DNA of 64,000 bases, taken from contig JAHRHZ010000021.1 in the NCBI GenBank assembly GCA_024137785.1, forward strand, positions 23,494,549-23,558,548, given 5' to 3'. The notes below the pieces were generated by a model. That model was not told the DNA's origin. It saw only the letters and a list, made by a program, of their open reading frames with translations, and searched no databases. Made by a program: the position numbers and the translations under genes. This document shows positions 1 to 13,090 of the stretch, one piece after another; within the stretch, counting starts at the first letter, position 1, and each line of letters opens with the position of its first letter. The stretch is from Ginglymostoma cirratum (taxonomy: Eukaryota).

Positions 1-169
1 CTCACTAGCAGGGACGAGAGGACTATATGTATGCCATTAGTACCAAATTTTACTTAAGTGATACACATTTTTCATATACTCCCACGTGCCAGAAAGAACC
101 TAGATGGATTCAATTCCTGACATAAAAGTTAAGGTTGGTAAAGAGTGACTACAGCTTGCTGCTTGCTCC

Positions 170-895
170 ACTGGGCCTCAATCTTGGAAACCAGTCCCCA
201 GTGTCATGGGTGATGCCAGATGGCAGTGACCACCTGCACCCCCTTCTCCCCCATCCACAGAGATTGGCATCAGACATATACCAACCTCACCGCATCATCA
301 TGGCACATCCCAAATTACTTACAATCCAGATCTACATTGCAGTGCTGCCCTTTGGAACTCCCTCACCGGCACCTTTCATTGTCATGCTGCAGTCAGGATA
401 CTTTGTATGTAGGAACAAGTACCCTCTCATGGACTGGACCGAAGCACATCTCAGACCTCTTCATCTGCTCTCCTAGTATTCATTCACATTGTACCAACCT
501 GGACTCTCTCATAACATCCCTGTCTTGCCTTGACTTGTCTTTTTGAGTTATGCCACTTCATTCAGAACTTAAAGGCTCACAATACTTTAGTCTTGCCTTA
601 CTTTTTAGCACAGTCTTGGTGGTCAGCAGTGATCAGTCAAGGAAGTGGACCTCTTGCTGTATGGAACCGTGCAACATCAACATCACACCTACACCATGAG
701 CCAGTAGTGTAAGTGGTGATACACACTGCATGTGCCACAACCAAATAACTATGTCTCAAAGTCTAAAGGGAGTAGTCCTCAGTCAGTCAATGTTCAGCCA
801 GGGATCCCTTCATAGTAAATCAATGGAACTCAAGGGTGGTTATCAGGGGTCACTGCTGGGATTGGAGGCAGCATGCTGGGATGTGAAGAGGAACA
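170..895. mobile_element. Degenerate internal segment of a probable Harbinger-family DNA transposon
   Basis: 170-360 resembles 13880-14050, which lies inside a Harbinger element, and the reverse complement of ~52000-52200. No coding motif recognised. Confidence 0.3.
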
Positions 896-898
896 GTA

Positions 899-1243
899 CT
901 TTTTTTATTCATTCATGGGATGAGGGCATTTCTGAATAGGCTAGAATTTAATGCTCATCCGTAATTGCCCAGAGTCAACCACGTTGTCCATGGGTCTGGA
1001 GTCACACGTAGTCCAGACCAAGTAATGATGGTAGTTTCCTTCCTCAAACAACATTAGTGAACCAGATGGTTTCTGACAATCAAAAATGGATTCACAGTCA
1101 TTGTTAGATTCTTAATTCCAGATATTTATGATATTCAAATTCTACCATCTGCCATAGCGGGATTCGAATCCAGGTTGCTAAAAGTTTACTCGGATTTCTG
1201 GAATAACAGTCCAATGATAATCCCACTAGGCTATCACCTCCCC
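899..1243 (-). mobile_element. tRNA-derived SINE, same family as 28567-28925
   Basis: Reverse complement matches 28567-28925 over its length: tRNA-like head (B-box GATTCGAATCCC), central body, LINE-like tail ending in an A-rich tract. Confidence 0.85.
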
Positions 1244-2009
1244 TATATAATTGTTAAGAATGGAAAGGTCAACTGGTGGGGACAGGGGACAACAGCTATT
1301 AGAGGAGATGGGTTATTGTTGGGACTGGGGGAGATGGAGTGGGTTGTTATGGACGGTAATGACCACTCTGATCTTGATGGTGGGAACAGTGCAACATGAT
1401 GACTGCCACGGCTAAGTTAGGACTGGGGTTCAGCTGTTAAATGGTTGAAAATGTTCTCTTTTACTCAAAAACAGCATAAGCAAAGGAAAAAACAAACTGA
1501 ACAAAACTGCATTTTTTTTCTGGGAACAGATAAGACCTTTTACCTTTTGAGCGACGTTGAGTTTATACTCAATGGGTGATCTCTGCACATAGCTCACATC
1601 AATCAATACTGGGTATCAATTAAGTCCTGTCTGTTTTACTGCATGCATGCTGTACTGTCCTATAATGCTGAACATGATGTTTCTCTCACTCATTGTCCTT
1701 ACCTTCCTCCTCAGAAGACTGCTGCCAATCTTCCAACTTCAGCGTCCATCACATTTCCTGTTTGACTGCTCCAGTTGAGCAGAGCACAACAGGCTGGGTT
1801 TATAATGCACATTCAGTCTGGAGTGTACTACAAGGTACTCCCAGCCAATCTAAGCACAGGAATCTCAATTTTAGCAGACCTGTTGACTTCTGCATCATAG
1901 CCACTGGAAGAATGGCTGCATTTTATCTGTGCTGGGCCTCAGTCAGGGGTTTACATAAACTCATTGGCCATGGTTGCAGGGGATACCACTTGAGGATACT
2001 CAAGAATTT

Positions 2010-2185
2010 ATCCACCTCTGCTTTAAAAATATTGATGAGGAATCCTCTAACTCACCTTGGGGAAGAGAATTCTACACATTAATGATCCGCTGAGAGAAAG
2101 CAATTCTCCTCATCCCTATGTTAAATCGGAAACCTTTATTTTTAGATAGCATCCCTAGTTCTAGACTTTCCTAAAAGTAGAAACG
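2010..2185 (-). mobile_element. CR1 LINE 3' fragment
   Basis: Reverse complement resembles the CR1 ORF2 C-terminal RRNFFSQRVV..WNSLP region. Confidence 0.6.
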
Positions 2186-2419
2186 CTAGGTTAAATTTTA
2201 CCAGGAATTGCCATAGTGTCAATTTTGACGATTTTCATGATGGCTCTCTCTCTGTGAGGCTTAGCAGGATTTCTCACACTGTTCTTCCCAACATCTTCCC
2301 TTGCTCATTCTCACCCACCACAGGCACACTTTGCTGCTAACCCTGCATACCCTCTAAAACTAGCTGAGCTCGGGGATCGCAGCCTAGTCTGCAGGGAGCA
2401 GTCGGAGGGCAGAGCAGCA

Positions 2420-2819
2420 NNNNNNNNNNNNNNNNNNNNNNNNNNNNNNNNNNNNNNNNNNNNNNNNNNNNNNNNNNNNNNNNNNNNNNNNNNNNNNNNN
2501 NNNNNNNNNNNNNNNNNNNNNNNNNNNNNNNNNNNNNNNNNNNNNNNNNNNNNNNNNNNNNNNNNNNNNNNNNNNNNNNNNNNNNNNNNNNNNNNNNNNN
2601 NNNNNNNNNNNNNNNNNNNNNNNNNNNNNNNNNNNNNNNNNNNNNNNNNNNNNNNNNNNNNNNNNNNNNNNNNNNNNNNNNNNNNNNNNNNNNNNNNNNN
2701 NNNNNNNNNNNNNNNNNNNNNNNNNNNNNNNNNNNNNNNNNNNNNNNNNNNNNNNNNNNNNNNNNNNNNNNNNNNNNNNNNNNNNNNNNNNNNNNNNNNN
2801 NNNNNNNNNNNNNNNNNNN
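2420..2819. other. Assembly gap (400 N)
   Basis: Run of N characters. Confidence 1.
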
Positions 2820-2910
2820 AAGAAGGGTCTAGGCCCAAAACGTCAGCCTTCCTGCTCCTCTGATGCTGCTTGGCCTGCTGTGTTCATCCAGCTCTACACC
2901 TTGTTATATC
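2820..2910 (+). mobile_element. Penelope-like pLTR fragment (family A)
   Basis: gaagggtctaggcccaaaacgtcagc...ccttgttat, the same unit as 17781-17880 and other copies. Confidence 0.75.
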
Positions 2911-5900
2911 AGTGATCAGAGACAGCAGGGTGTGATTGCAAGTGAGGCAGGTAAAGGTATCCTGCAATCAGGGACAGAGGAGCCTCAGCTCTTGACCTTG
3001 TTCAACAGGTATGAGGTACTGACTCTCTGTGAGGAGGAGGAACAAGGCTGTAGGAAGGATGAGGCAACTGACCACTGCACTGTGGTACAGGAGCCATTCA
3101 AAAGAGAGGAGCAAAAAAACAAGTGGTAGTTGTAGGAGATTCTATAATTAGGGGATTGGTAGCATCCTTTGTAAGTAGGGTCGAGAGTCCCACTTGGTGT
3201 GTTGCCTTCCTGGTGCCAGGGTAAGGGATATCTCTGACTGGCTTGAAAGGATATTGGAGCAGGAGGGGAGGATCCAGTTGCTGTGGTCCATGTTGGGGCA
3301 AACAACATAGGCAAGGCTGGGAAGGGGTACCTGTTTGGGGATTATCAAGCGCTAGGAACAAAATTGAGGAACAGGACCTCAAGGGTTATAAACTCCAGAT
3401 TACTACCCAAGCCATGTGCACATTGACTTAGGGATAAGAAAATTAGGGTAAACACGTGACTAAAGGAGTGGTGTGGGAAAGAAGGGTTCCATTTCATGGG
3501 GGATTGGCATCAGTTTTGGAACAGGAAGGATCCGTACCTTTGGGATGGTCTCCACTTGAACTGATCTGGAACCAGTGTTCTAGCGAAAAGGATAAATAAG
3601 GTGGTCACTAGGACTTTAAACTAGTGAAATGGGGGGAAGGGAAGGGGAAAATGACAGCAAGTATAATAGTAAATAGAAAAGGAAACAGCAGGTTAACATT
3701 TATGCAGGTGGATTTAACTAAAACGAGGACTATGAAAGAAGTTAAAAGGAAGGAAAACTCAGGAAATATTATTAACAGAGATGATAGAATTCAAAAACAG
3801 TGTATAAAAACTAGCATAAAGGCATTTTCCTGAATGTTAATAACATTCGAAACAAGGTAGATGAGTTAACGGCACAAGTCACCGTGAATGAGTATGATTT
3901 AGAAGCCATTATAGAGACGTGGTTGCAGGATGGTCACGCCTGGGAAATAAATGTCCAGGGGTATCAGACCATTCTGAAGGATGGACAGAAAGGTAACGAG
4001 TGTGGTGTAGCTCTTATATTTAAGGTGACCTCAGGATGGTAGTGAGAGATGATATACGTTCTATGGAGAATAAGGTTGAATCCATTTAGGTGGAAATTAA
4101 AAATTCTGAGAAGAAAAAGTGACTGATAGGTGCTATCTATAGGCCACCAAATAATAACATCTCATTGGGGCAGGCAATAGCCAAAGAAATAACTAATGCC
4201 TTTAAAAATGATACAGCAATTGTCACGGGATATTTTAATCTACATGTCAATTGGTCGAACCAGGTCAGTCAAGGCAGCCTTGAGGAGGAGTTCATCAAAT
4301 ATATCCACGATAGTTTTCTTGAACAGTATGTAATAGAACTGATGAGGGACCGATCTATCCTAGATCTGGTCCTGTATAGTGAGACAGGAATAACTAATGA
4401 TCTCATAGTTAGGGATCCTCTTGGAAAGAGCAATCACAGTATGGTTAGATTTAGAATGCAGATGGAAAGTGAGAAGATAAAATCCAATATCAGCGTTCTG
4501 TGCTTAAACAAAGGAGACTACAATAGGATGAGGGAGGAGTTAGGTAAAGTAGACTGGAAGCAAAAACTTTATGGTGGGATAGTTGAGGAACAGTGGAGGA
4601 CTTTCGAAGCAATTTTTCAAAGTGCTCAGCAAATGTATATACCAATGAAATGGAAGGACATAGAAAAAGGGATAACCAGCCATGGATGTCAGAGGAAATA
4701 AGGAAGCCTACCAAATTGAAAGATAAGGCATATAAAATGGCAAAGACCAAAAGGAGACTAGAAGATTGGGAAAACTTTGAAGGTCAACAGAAAGCCGAAA
4801 AAAAAGCTACAAAGAAAAGTAAGATAGATTATGAGAGTAAGCTAGCTCAGAATATAAAGATAGATAGCAAAAGTGTCCACAAATATATAAAATGAAAAAG
4901 AGTGACAAAGATATACATTGGTCTTTTAGAGGATGAGAAGGGGTATTTAATAATGGGAAATGAGGAAACAGCCAAGGGATTGAAAGGATTTTTTTTGTTG
5001 GTCTTCACGGTGGAGGACACGAATGACATACCAGTAATTGAATACAAGGAGCCTAAAGTAGGTGAGGACATGGAAATAATTGTTATCATGAAAGAGGTAA
5101 TGTTGGGCAAGCTAATGGAGCTAAAGGTAGAAAAATGTCCTGTCTCTGATGGAATGCATCCGAGGCTACTAATAGAGATAGCGGGAGAAATAACAAATGC
5201 ACTCGTGGTAATTTTCCAAAATTTGCTGGACTTTCGGGCAGTTCCAGTAGATTGGAAAACAGCAAATATGACCCCACTGTTTAAAAAAGGAGGTAGACAA
5301 AAGATGGGGTATTATAGGTCAGAGATAGTAGGAACTGCAGATGCTGAAGAATCTGAGATAACAAGGTAAAGAGCTGGATGAACACAAGCAGCATCAGAGG
5401 AGCAGGAAAGCTGACATTTCGGGCCTAGACCCTTCTTCAGAAATGGTCAGTTAGCTAAACTTCTGTAGTGGGGAAGATGCTTGAAACTATTATCAAAGAA
5501 GAAAAAGCAATTGTCCCATTGGGCAGATGCAGCATGGGTTCATGAAGGGCAGGTTATGTTTAACGAATTTACTGGAATTCTATAAGATATTAGGAATGCG
5601 GTGGGCAATGGGGACCTAGTAGCTATGGTATATCTAGATTTCCAAAAAGCACAAAAGGCTGCTGCATAAGATAAAGGTGCACAGCATTATGGGCAATGTA
5701 TTAGCATGGATAGAGGATTGGTTAACTAACATGAAGCAAAGAGTAGGGATAAATGAGTGCTTTTCTGGTTGGTGATCAGTGACTAGTGGTGTGCCTCAGG
5801 GATCAGTGCTGGGACTGCAACTGTTTACAATGTACATAGATGATTTGGAGTTGGGGACCATGAGTAGTGTGTCAAAGTTTGTGAATAACACTAAGATGAG

Positions 5901-6042
5901 TGGTAGAGCAAAGTGTGCAGAGGACTCTGAAAGTTTGCAGTGGGATATAAATAGTTTAAGTGAGTGGGCAAATGTCTGGTAGATGGAGTACAAAGTTGAT
6001 AAATATGAAGTCAACCTGCTACTGGTTCTTGCGTTCTTATAT
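2911..6042 (+). mobile_element. CR1-clade LINE, decayed (ORF1 esterase + ORF2 APE endonuclease/RT)
   Basis: VVVVGDSIIRG (SGNH esterase, ~3123), AIYRPPN, ILDLVL, LGKSNHSMV, WKTANMTPLFKKG, SGVPQGSVLG.QLF.MYIDDL; many stops and frameshifts. Confidence 0.95.
5323..5444 (-). mobile_element. Penelope-like pLTR inserted in CR1 ORF2
   Basis: Family A unit flanked by direct repeat ggtcag (5317-5322, 5445-5450), interrupting the CR1 YR..S motif. Confidence 0.85.
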
Positions 6043-6137
6043 TATCTGTGATGGTCCTTTACCACACCATCTTTCTCCCACCTCTATCAGCATTAAATGT
6101 TGTGCCAGCTATTTTCATTTCATTTAATCCTTCACCA

Positions 6138-7143
6138 GGTATCATGCCTAGAGAAAACAGCCCACAATAGGGCTAAAGAGCTAAGACCTATCATTTGTCT
6201 TCTCATCTCCAGAGAGGACGAGATCCTTGCCTTACTGAGAGAGGATAGTGATCACTCATGTGACTCTGACCCCTATTTTATAACTCAGTCTCACTTATGT
6301 GTCCAGATGTCAAGAGAGTAGCCCTGAAAGACATCCTCTCCTTTATCTTTGAGGAAGATCCCTCAGAAGATGCAATGGCAAGGCTGCCTTCTGCACTGCC
6401 CACCAGATCAGATACTGGTATCGCCATGGATGTTTTTGCTAGGTTACTGACACTTAGAGGACGTCTGGAGACAAGGTATCTGCTCAGCCCCAGGCAGGAG
6501 AGGACCCCATTCATTACTTCATTGAATTACACAAGCAGATCCAGGAGCAGAAAGCTGGTTTGTTAGAAGCATTGGGCAAATTGACTCTGAGGTTGGAGGA
6601 CTTCACTGCTGCTGTTTGTAAAATGCTACGTCTAGCATACGAGCATCAGGCTGCCTCCTCAGGTGGGCAACTCCCATTTAGAGCCACTCAGTGTCTGCTG
6701 GATATATACAGGCCTGTACTCTATCACTCTAGCCACTTGGTGTTCAGCATCAATGCCTGGGCAACAGAGGAACGAGGGGCCTTGACTTCACTCCTGGTAC
6801 TCCTCATGAAGAATATTAGGTGGTGCCAATAGGCACCCAGCAGGAGAAGGAACCACATGCAGGACTCCCAGAAGCTTCCACTCAGGAAGTGGTCAGAACT
6901 GCTGACTCCACCCTGCCTGCCACACGCACCCATGTTAGAGGTCAACCTGAGGAGGGCGCACTTATATCTTGGCAGGACCCACTTAGCACGCCTGAACATC
7001 TAGCCACAGCTGTCTACCGGCAGTCTGACCAGAATTCAAGGCCAGCAAGCTCCACTATTTTGCTGGCTCCTTTCATCCCAACTGTGGACCTTGGGATTGC
7101 ACCTAGAAGTAGTGGCAGGAAAAGAAAGAAAACAACCTTCTGA
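6138..7143 (+). pseudogene. Harbinger Myb/SANT-partner gene remnant (middle and last exons)
   Basis: EKTAHNRAKE..EDEILALL is homologous to 15085-15246; a low-complexity acidic/Pro-rich exon follows, ending in basic RSSGRKRKK. Shares the ccag(a/c)tcagatac motif with other copies. Confidence 0.6.
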
Positions 7144-7479
7144 GGGTGCAAGGGTGATACTTCCCTGCAAATACACTTTCATGTTTGTGAATATATGTTC
7201 CCTTTTCATTATCACCTATATGAGTGGATGTCATTTTAGATGCAACTACAAGAATGAAGGTGTAAATGCATGACATAGTGTTCTAACCCTGTCTGAGTGA
7301 CAGTTATGTCCATAGTAGCCAGACTAGCATGAACCTTTAACAGGGTTGAGTGAGGGTGCATTGATTTCTGTGAAGGTTTCCACCTGTGTGTGTTATTTAT
7401 TAAGGATCATGACTTGTATACCAAGGTAATAGCTTAAGGTGCCCTTGCAGTTGGAATTATAGAGGGGAGGCTAACCTCA

Positions 7480-7960
7480 GCAATTTCAAAAACATTTGCA
7501 GTCAGTGAAAGATGGCTTCAGGTAACTCAGTTCCATTGAACAACATTCTCAAGGAAGTCCTCTCTGTGTTGCTGTGGCCAACACTGCTGTGCAATAGAAT
7601 GCTGAAGATGCTATTCCATCTGAAGAATATCCTCATGTTCTCACTCTGTACAATGCTGCAACTCTCAAAGGTCTCTATCATTTATCCTTTAGTGCACCCT
7701 CCAGTGGTTTGGAACAGAGATTCTGAGGCTCAAGTGACATCCTCTGTTTGGATAGTATTGGTACAGCGCCCTGAAAATGACCTGCAGGAAAGCTTGATGT
7801 TGAGGTATTATCCTATGTCCCTCGTTGGCCCCAATGGCAGAAGGTGCTGCATTGCAGATATATTAGGCATTGTGATTTGACATTATGACTTCCACTTCTG
7901 GGTATAGTATAGCACTGCTGCCCCTCCCTCATCTGCACAGCATTCAAGGGAAGACCAGTG
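7480..7960 (-). pseudogene. Possible Harbinger transposase C-terminal remnant
   Basis: NLCSKPLEGAL....LRVAALYRV weakly resembles RCLDRSGGAL....CCALHN; convergent with the Myb-partner gene. Confidence 0.35.
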
Positions 7961-7964
7961 ACTG

Positions 7965-8480
7965 AGCTTCAACTTCCCAGGAGTAAATATTACCAACGAT
8001 CTATCCTGGTTCTTCCACGTTGAAGGACACAAATGTCTCGACTTCCTCAGAAGGCTATGAAAATTCGGCTTGTCCGCAATTACTCTTACCAGTTTTTATA
8101 GATGCACTATAAAAGCATCCTATCTGGATGCATCACAGCTTAGTATGGCAACTGCGCTGCCCAAGACTACAAGAAATTACAGAGACTTGTAAATGCAGCT
8201 CAGTCCATCACAAAAACCCACCTTCCTTCCACTGACTCCATTTGCATTTCCCACTGCTTTGAGAAAGCAGCCAACATAATCAAACTTAGCAGACTTATAA
8301 ATGGACCTGTCATATATTAGGGTTGATCTTTCTCTGCGCCTTCTCTGTAGCTGTAACACTATATTCTGCATTCTGTTCTATTACCCTGGTGTACTTTTGT
8401 AAGTTATGATTTGTCTGGTTGATACCCAAAACAATACTTTTCACTGTATTTCGGTACACATGACAATAATAAATTAAATC
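7965..8480 (+). mobile_element. Rex1/Babar LINE 3' fragment
   Basis: FPGVNITNDLSW, FLRRL*KFG, LTSFYRCTIKSILSGCITA*YGNC; typical 3' end tttcactgta...acatgacaataataaa. Confidence 0.85.
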
Positions 8481-9014
8481 TAACCTCCTGCATCTTCACT
8501 ATATCATGAGGGCATGGATGGGTATAAATTCTGTAGTAGAGACCAGTTCCACATCCTCTGGAAGTTAATACTAATCCAGGATTTCCAAAAACACATGCTC
8601 TTCATCCATTCGTGGAACAGTCCTTGGTGCGGAAGACAGAGGAATGTCTCCATCTTGTCACTGTGCATTGTTATCTTGATTCAGACGTCTGTGGTTTGAG
8701 CCATAGCATTACGTTCTCTCTTCCAAAGTCCATCATAAACGTTACTATACTTGCAGCCCTTACATTGACTTGAGTATTAAATCACTCATTAAATTTTGGC
8801 AACCCAAAATTGAAACAGTTATACCTACTCTGTTTCCTGTTAATTAAACATTTCTCTAGCTAAATTAATATTTTAATTATTCATATCAACTTTAATTTAA
8901 TGTTAAGTTAGTTAATTCACTGTCTTTAATTTAAGCTGCATTGAGTAATTGTCAATACGAAAGTTAACGTGGTAACCTGGTGGATTCAATATGCCAGTTT
9001 CTCCCCCCTCAATG

Positions 9015-9894
9015 ATAGAAACATAAAAAAAGGAGCAGGAGGACGTCATTCAGCCCTTTGAGCCTACTCCACCATTCACTGTGATCATGGCTGCTCATCC
9101 AACTCAGTAGCCAGTTCCCACTTTCACACTCTTTGATCTCTTTAACCCTAAGAATCATACCTAATACTTTCTTGAAAAGATTCAATGTTTTGGCCTCTAT
9201 TGCGTCAAGTGGCAGAGAATTCCACAGGCTCACTACTCTCTGTGAGAAGAAATTGCCCCTCATTCTAAGCGTAAATGCTCTACCCTGCTTCCTTAAACTG
9301 TGATTCCAGGTTCTAGACTCCATGGTAATTGGGAACATCCATCATGCATTTATCCCATCTAGCCCTGGAAGAAATTTATAGGCTTCTATGAGATCCTCCC
9401 TCCAGTGAATATAACCCTAACAGTTCCAGTTTTGTTTCCTAAATCAGTCCTGCAAGAATCGATCTGGTAAACTTTTGTTCTCTCCCTCCATAGACATAGG
9501 TTCTGTCCTCAGATAAAGAGCCTGAAACTACACACAATACTCCAGCTGTGGTCTCAACAAGACCTGTGCAATTACAGCAAGACATCTCTGTTCCTGTGCT
9601 CATATCCTCTCGCTATGAAGGCCAACATATCATTTGCCTTCTTCATCACCTTTCAGTGACTTCTGTACAAGGACATCCAGGTCTTGTTGCTCCTCCCTCT
9701 TTTTCAATCGACCACCATTCAGATAACAGTCGTCCTTCCTGTTTTGCTACAGAAGAGGATAACCTCACATTTATCCACATTATACATAATCTGCCATGCA
9801 ATTGTCTACTCGCTTAACTTGTCTGAATAACACTGAAGCATTTCTGCATCCTCCTCTCAGCTCACTCTCCCACCCAGCTTTGTGTCAACTGCAA
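9015..9894 (-). mobile_element. CR1 LINE 3' fragment
   Basis: MRGNFFSQRVVSLWNSLP in ORF 9009-9338; CR1-type 3' tail. Confidence 0.9.
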
Positions 9895-10519
9895 GGCACT
9901 AATGGACATCAAGCACCAACATCTCATGGCATGTTCCCCATGGGCGGTGACTACATTCCTTCCCCTCCGGTCTACCAGGATCTCCAGGTAAATTCAGCTA
10001 AACAGCGTACCACTTTCTCTTTGATGGATGTATCTAGGCAACTGACAGGAAGTATGCAGAGTGGCCACATTCTGGCAACACTTGACTGGGTGCGTGGCTG
10101 AGCTTTAAGGATGACGCTGGTGCCAGGAGTCCCGAGATGTCCTGGCAATGTCTAACACTTGCAGCTGTGATAATGGGAGAATACAATGAGTGTGGCACTA
10201 GCGGGGTGTGGTGCATAGGTAATGAAGCATGTTTTGGAGGGTAGTATGAGAAAATTCACTGGAACTCAGAGAGAAACCATCCCTGAAACTCCCCAAAATT
10301 GGCACACAGCCAATTTCTAATAGAATTCAGCCTGATTTCCCCAAGTCACAAGCTCAAGCACTGTCCACATCATATTCCAATCAGTTCAAAATCAACAAGA
10401 TGAACTGTAAGAGTGAAATTTTTGGGTCTAGGGCAGAAACAAAGGCTGTTATTGGCTACTTGCCAGTTTCCCTACCCAGTTCTCAGCACGAGCCACTAGG
10501 GCATCCTGAGCTTATCAGG

Positions 10520-12600
10520 TTGCTCTGTACCTTTCCTCCTGTAGAGGCAAGCAGCTGCCAGCATCATTAAAAGTTTTATTAGCCAAAGTGAAAAGAGGCC
10601 AAATAGGATTTTCCTGTTTCCAGTTATCTGATCTGTGGGGGCAGGGGGTATGCAAATTAAATGCTTGCAGGCAAGGTGCTAGTCCTTCATACAGGCTTAC
10701 AGCCAATCTCTATCTCAGCATGGGTGTAGCCATAAGTAAACTGCGGAGGAACTATCTCTCCACAAGCACCCCATCTGTCTCATTTCTTACCAACACTGGT
10801 GGTCTGATTACTGAATCACCATTTTATTTAAAAATGAGAGACATTTTTGAGATGCACATTCATGTTACTTATCCTCTACTGCAGCCTGCTACTCCCTTCA
10901 AGCTGAAAGTTTCTGTTTGTGCCTCTGGCTTTGAAAACCTGCCTGTTGCTGTTAATCGCGCAGGAAAATAAAACATCTCCATACCAATTAAGGGGTACCA
11001 AATGAAAATCCTGAAGAATCAATGTTTGCCCTAGACATGGCTTCAGGGCCCAGAAACATTTCAAATTCTTGTTTCCTTCCACTGGAAGGAAAGTCCAGCA
11101 ATTAGAATCTCTAAAATAATACACATGCACATACAAACGCAGATTGAGCAATTAACATCATGTTAAAATTAAAATAGCATACACTTGACAAAATAAATGG
11201 CTTAAAATAGATTTCACATCAAATACATGGTTGCAGAGGTTTTAACAGCCTACAACTCTGTTAAGCATCTGTTGCTCAGCAAACTTCACCGTATTCATAT
11301 ATCCCTTCACACAGAGACACCGCAGATATTGATGCCTGCTGTCTCCTTTAATCCTGACTCATATGGGTCTCAAAACCACTTGGGTAGTTGTTATATGTCA
11401 AGAAATTCTGGTTTTGGACTGAAGTCTTCCTCCACCCTATTTTGGTCGTGATTTTACTTTCTAATAGTCTGGGTTAATTCTATAAGCGTTACCTCTTTCC
11501 TTGAAGAATTATTTCTCTTCTATCTTATGGGCAGGTGGTTTAAGCTTCATCCCTTTCTTTTGCTTTTCACTTGCCTTCAGCTTCAGTACTTTGTTTTGAT
11601 GGCATATATCAGGGTCTGCTATTTTGCCAACACTAAATTAATTCCCTTTTGTTGATTGAGAACCCCTCTCGAGGCAAAGATTAATTTTAATATGGTTCTC
11701 CTCATCTACACTTTATTGAATCATCTTGTTACCATTGCTGCCGATTTTTTGGATTTTCTTGTAACTCTCAGCTTGAAGATAACATTGTAATGTGGCTACA
11801 TTCATGTTTTCTTTAGTTCTCTTGCATTTTATTAGTGCTTTCAAATGTTTGATGTGATTGCTTTTGGTTGGGAGTTTTGATTTAATTGGATTTTCAAACT
11901 TTGGGGGCAATGACTATCTGCTTTTGATTACTTGTTTAGTTTTACAATTTGTTGTTCTTCCCTGATTGCAGACACAGCTTTTCCTTTTATAATCACCTCC
12001 CCTCTGTTAATGCTTTAAACAGTTCCCCAAGCCAGTCTATGCTTTCTGGTTTTTCAATCAATGCATGATGATAAGGATTTTCCAATCATGTGTAAATGAC
12101 ATAAATTTTCTGGTACGCACGTCATTCATTTTTTTACTTCTAGGAATGGCTAAACGATCTATAAATTTGTAACAACTGAAATATTCTCTTGTAATTTTTG
12201 TCTGCTTATGGGGCTATCTGCCGTTTACAACTTGGCTAAGCAAGTTTTTTTCCCCTGAATAGGCAAATTGGAGCCAGTTAATCTATAATTGTTTGTTAGT
12301 TGTATACCGATAACATGGATCTGGCAGGAAAACCATCAAGGAATGGAATTTCCTCTGGGTATGTATTTGTATACTATTATCATGTAAGAGGGACAACAGA
12401 AAGTGATACATTAAAGCAAAATGAAAATTCATTCCTAAATATGACCCTTTTTCTTTTCCCACTACTACTATAAGATATCTCTTTGTTTCAGATTCAGTGG
12501 GTTGAACCAAAAACACATAGGGAGGTTCTATTTGCAGACTCATGGGTCGGTGTGACTTTCACATCATTTTTTTCTTTTCATTAGTGTCCTCCTTGACATC
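10520..12600 (-). pseudogene. Decayed long-exon tract (putative 3' part of the FSIP2-like gene)
   Basis: Lys/Glu-rich frameshifted reading pieces, e.g. LENPYHHALIEKPESIDWLGELFKALTEG and KEVTLIELTQTIRK*NHDQNRVEEDFSPKPEFLDI. No transposon motif seen. Confidence 0.35.
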
Positions 12601-12728
12601 ATAGGAACATAGGAACAGGAGAAGCCATGCAGTTTCTCCAATTTGCTTTGCCATTCAATGAGTTCATTGGTTAATCTGTAGCCTAACTCTATATACCTGC
12701 CTTTGGGCCATATTCCTTAATACCTTAA
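12599..12728 (-). mobile_element. CR1 3' end
   Basis: cataggaacataggaacaggag.. tail repeat followed by CR1 3'UTR. Confidence 0.75.
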
Positions 12729-12867
12729 TACACCATCGTCCTCCTACTTCACGACAGATTTTCTTTTCCTATCCTCACTACTGTTGTATAAGGCAGTTAG
12801 CAACTGATATCAGAAAATAGGTTCCACCAATCAGGGTGGAGGAACTAAAGGAAGTGCCTCTAAGTTG

Positions 12868-13090
12868 AAAACAAAAATTGCTAGAAATCACAGCAGGTCA
12901 CACAGCATCTGTGAAGAGAGAGTGAACTAACCTTCTGCGTCTAAATGACTCTTCATCAGAGCTCTAATGAAGAGTTGACTAGACTTGAAATGTTAGCTCA
13001 CTCTCTCTCTACAGATGCTTCCTGACCTATTGTGATTTCCAGCATTTTTTTATGTTTTCAGTACAGATTCCAGTAATTTGCTCCTGCTAT
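12868..13090. mobile_element. Inverted pair of Penelope-like pLTRs (family B)
   Basis: Near-palindromic centre ctcttcatcagag/ctctaatgaagag; 10-bp TSD ctctaagttg (12858-12867, 13091-13100). Confidence 0.8.

Larger units (their letters stand above)
2188..10333. mobile_element. Probable decayed full-length PIF/Harbinger transposon carrying nested LINEs
   Basis: ~110 bp imperfect inverted termini (2188-2295 aggttaaattttaccaggaattgcc... vs reverse complement of 10225-10333 aggctgaattctattagaaattggc...) enclose a Myb/SANT-partner gene remnant (+) and a weak convergent transposase-like remnant (-). An N-gap interrupts the span and no clean TSD is seen. Confidence 0.55.

Noticed and set aside
2311-2838. 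175-aa ORF
   Set aside because: Artefact of reading through the N gap.
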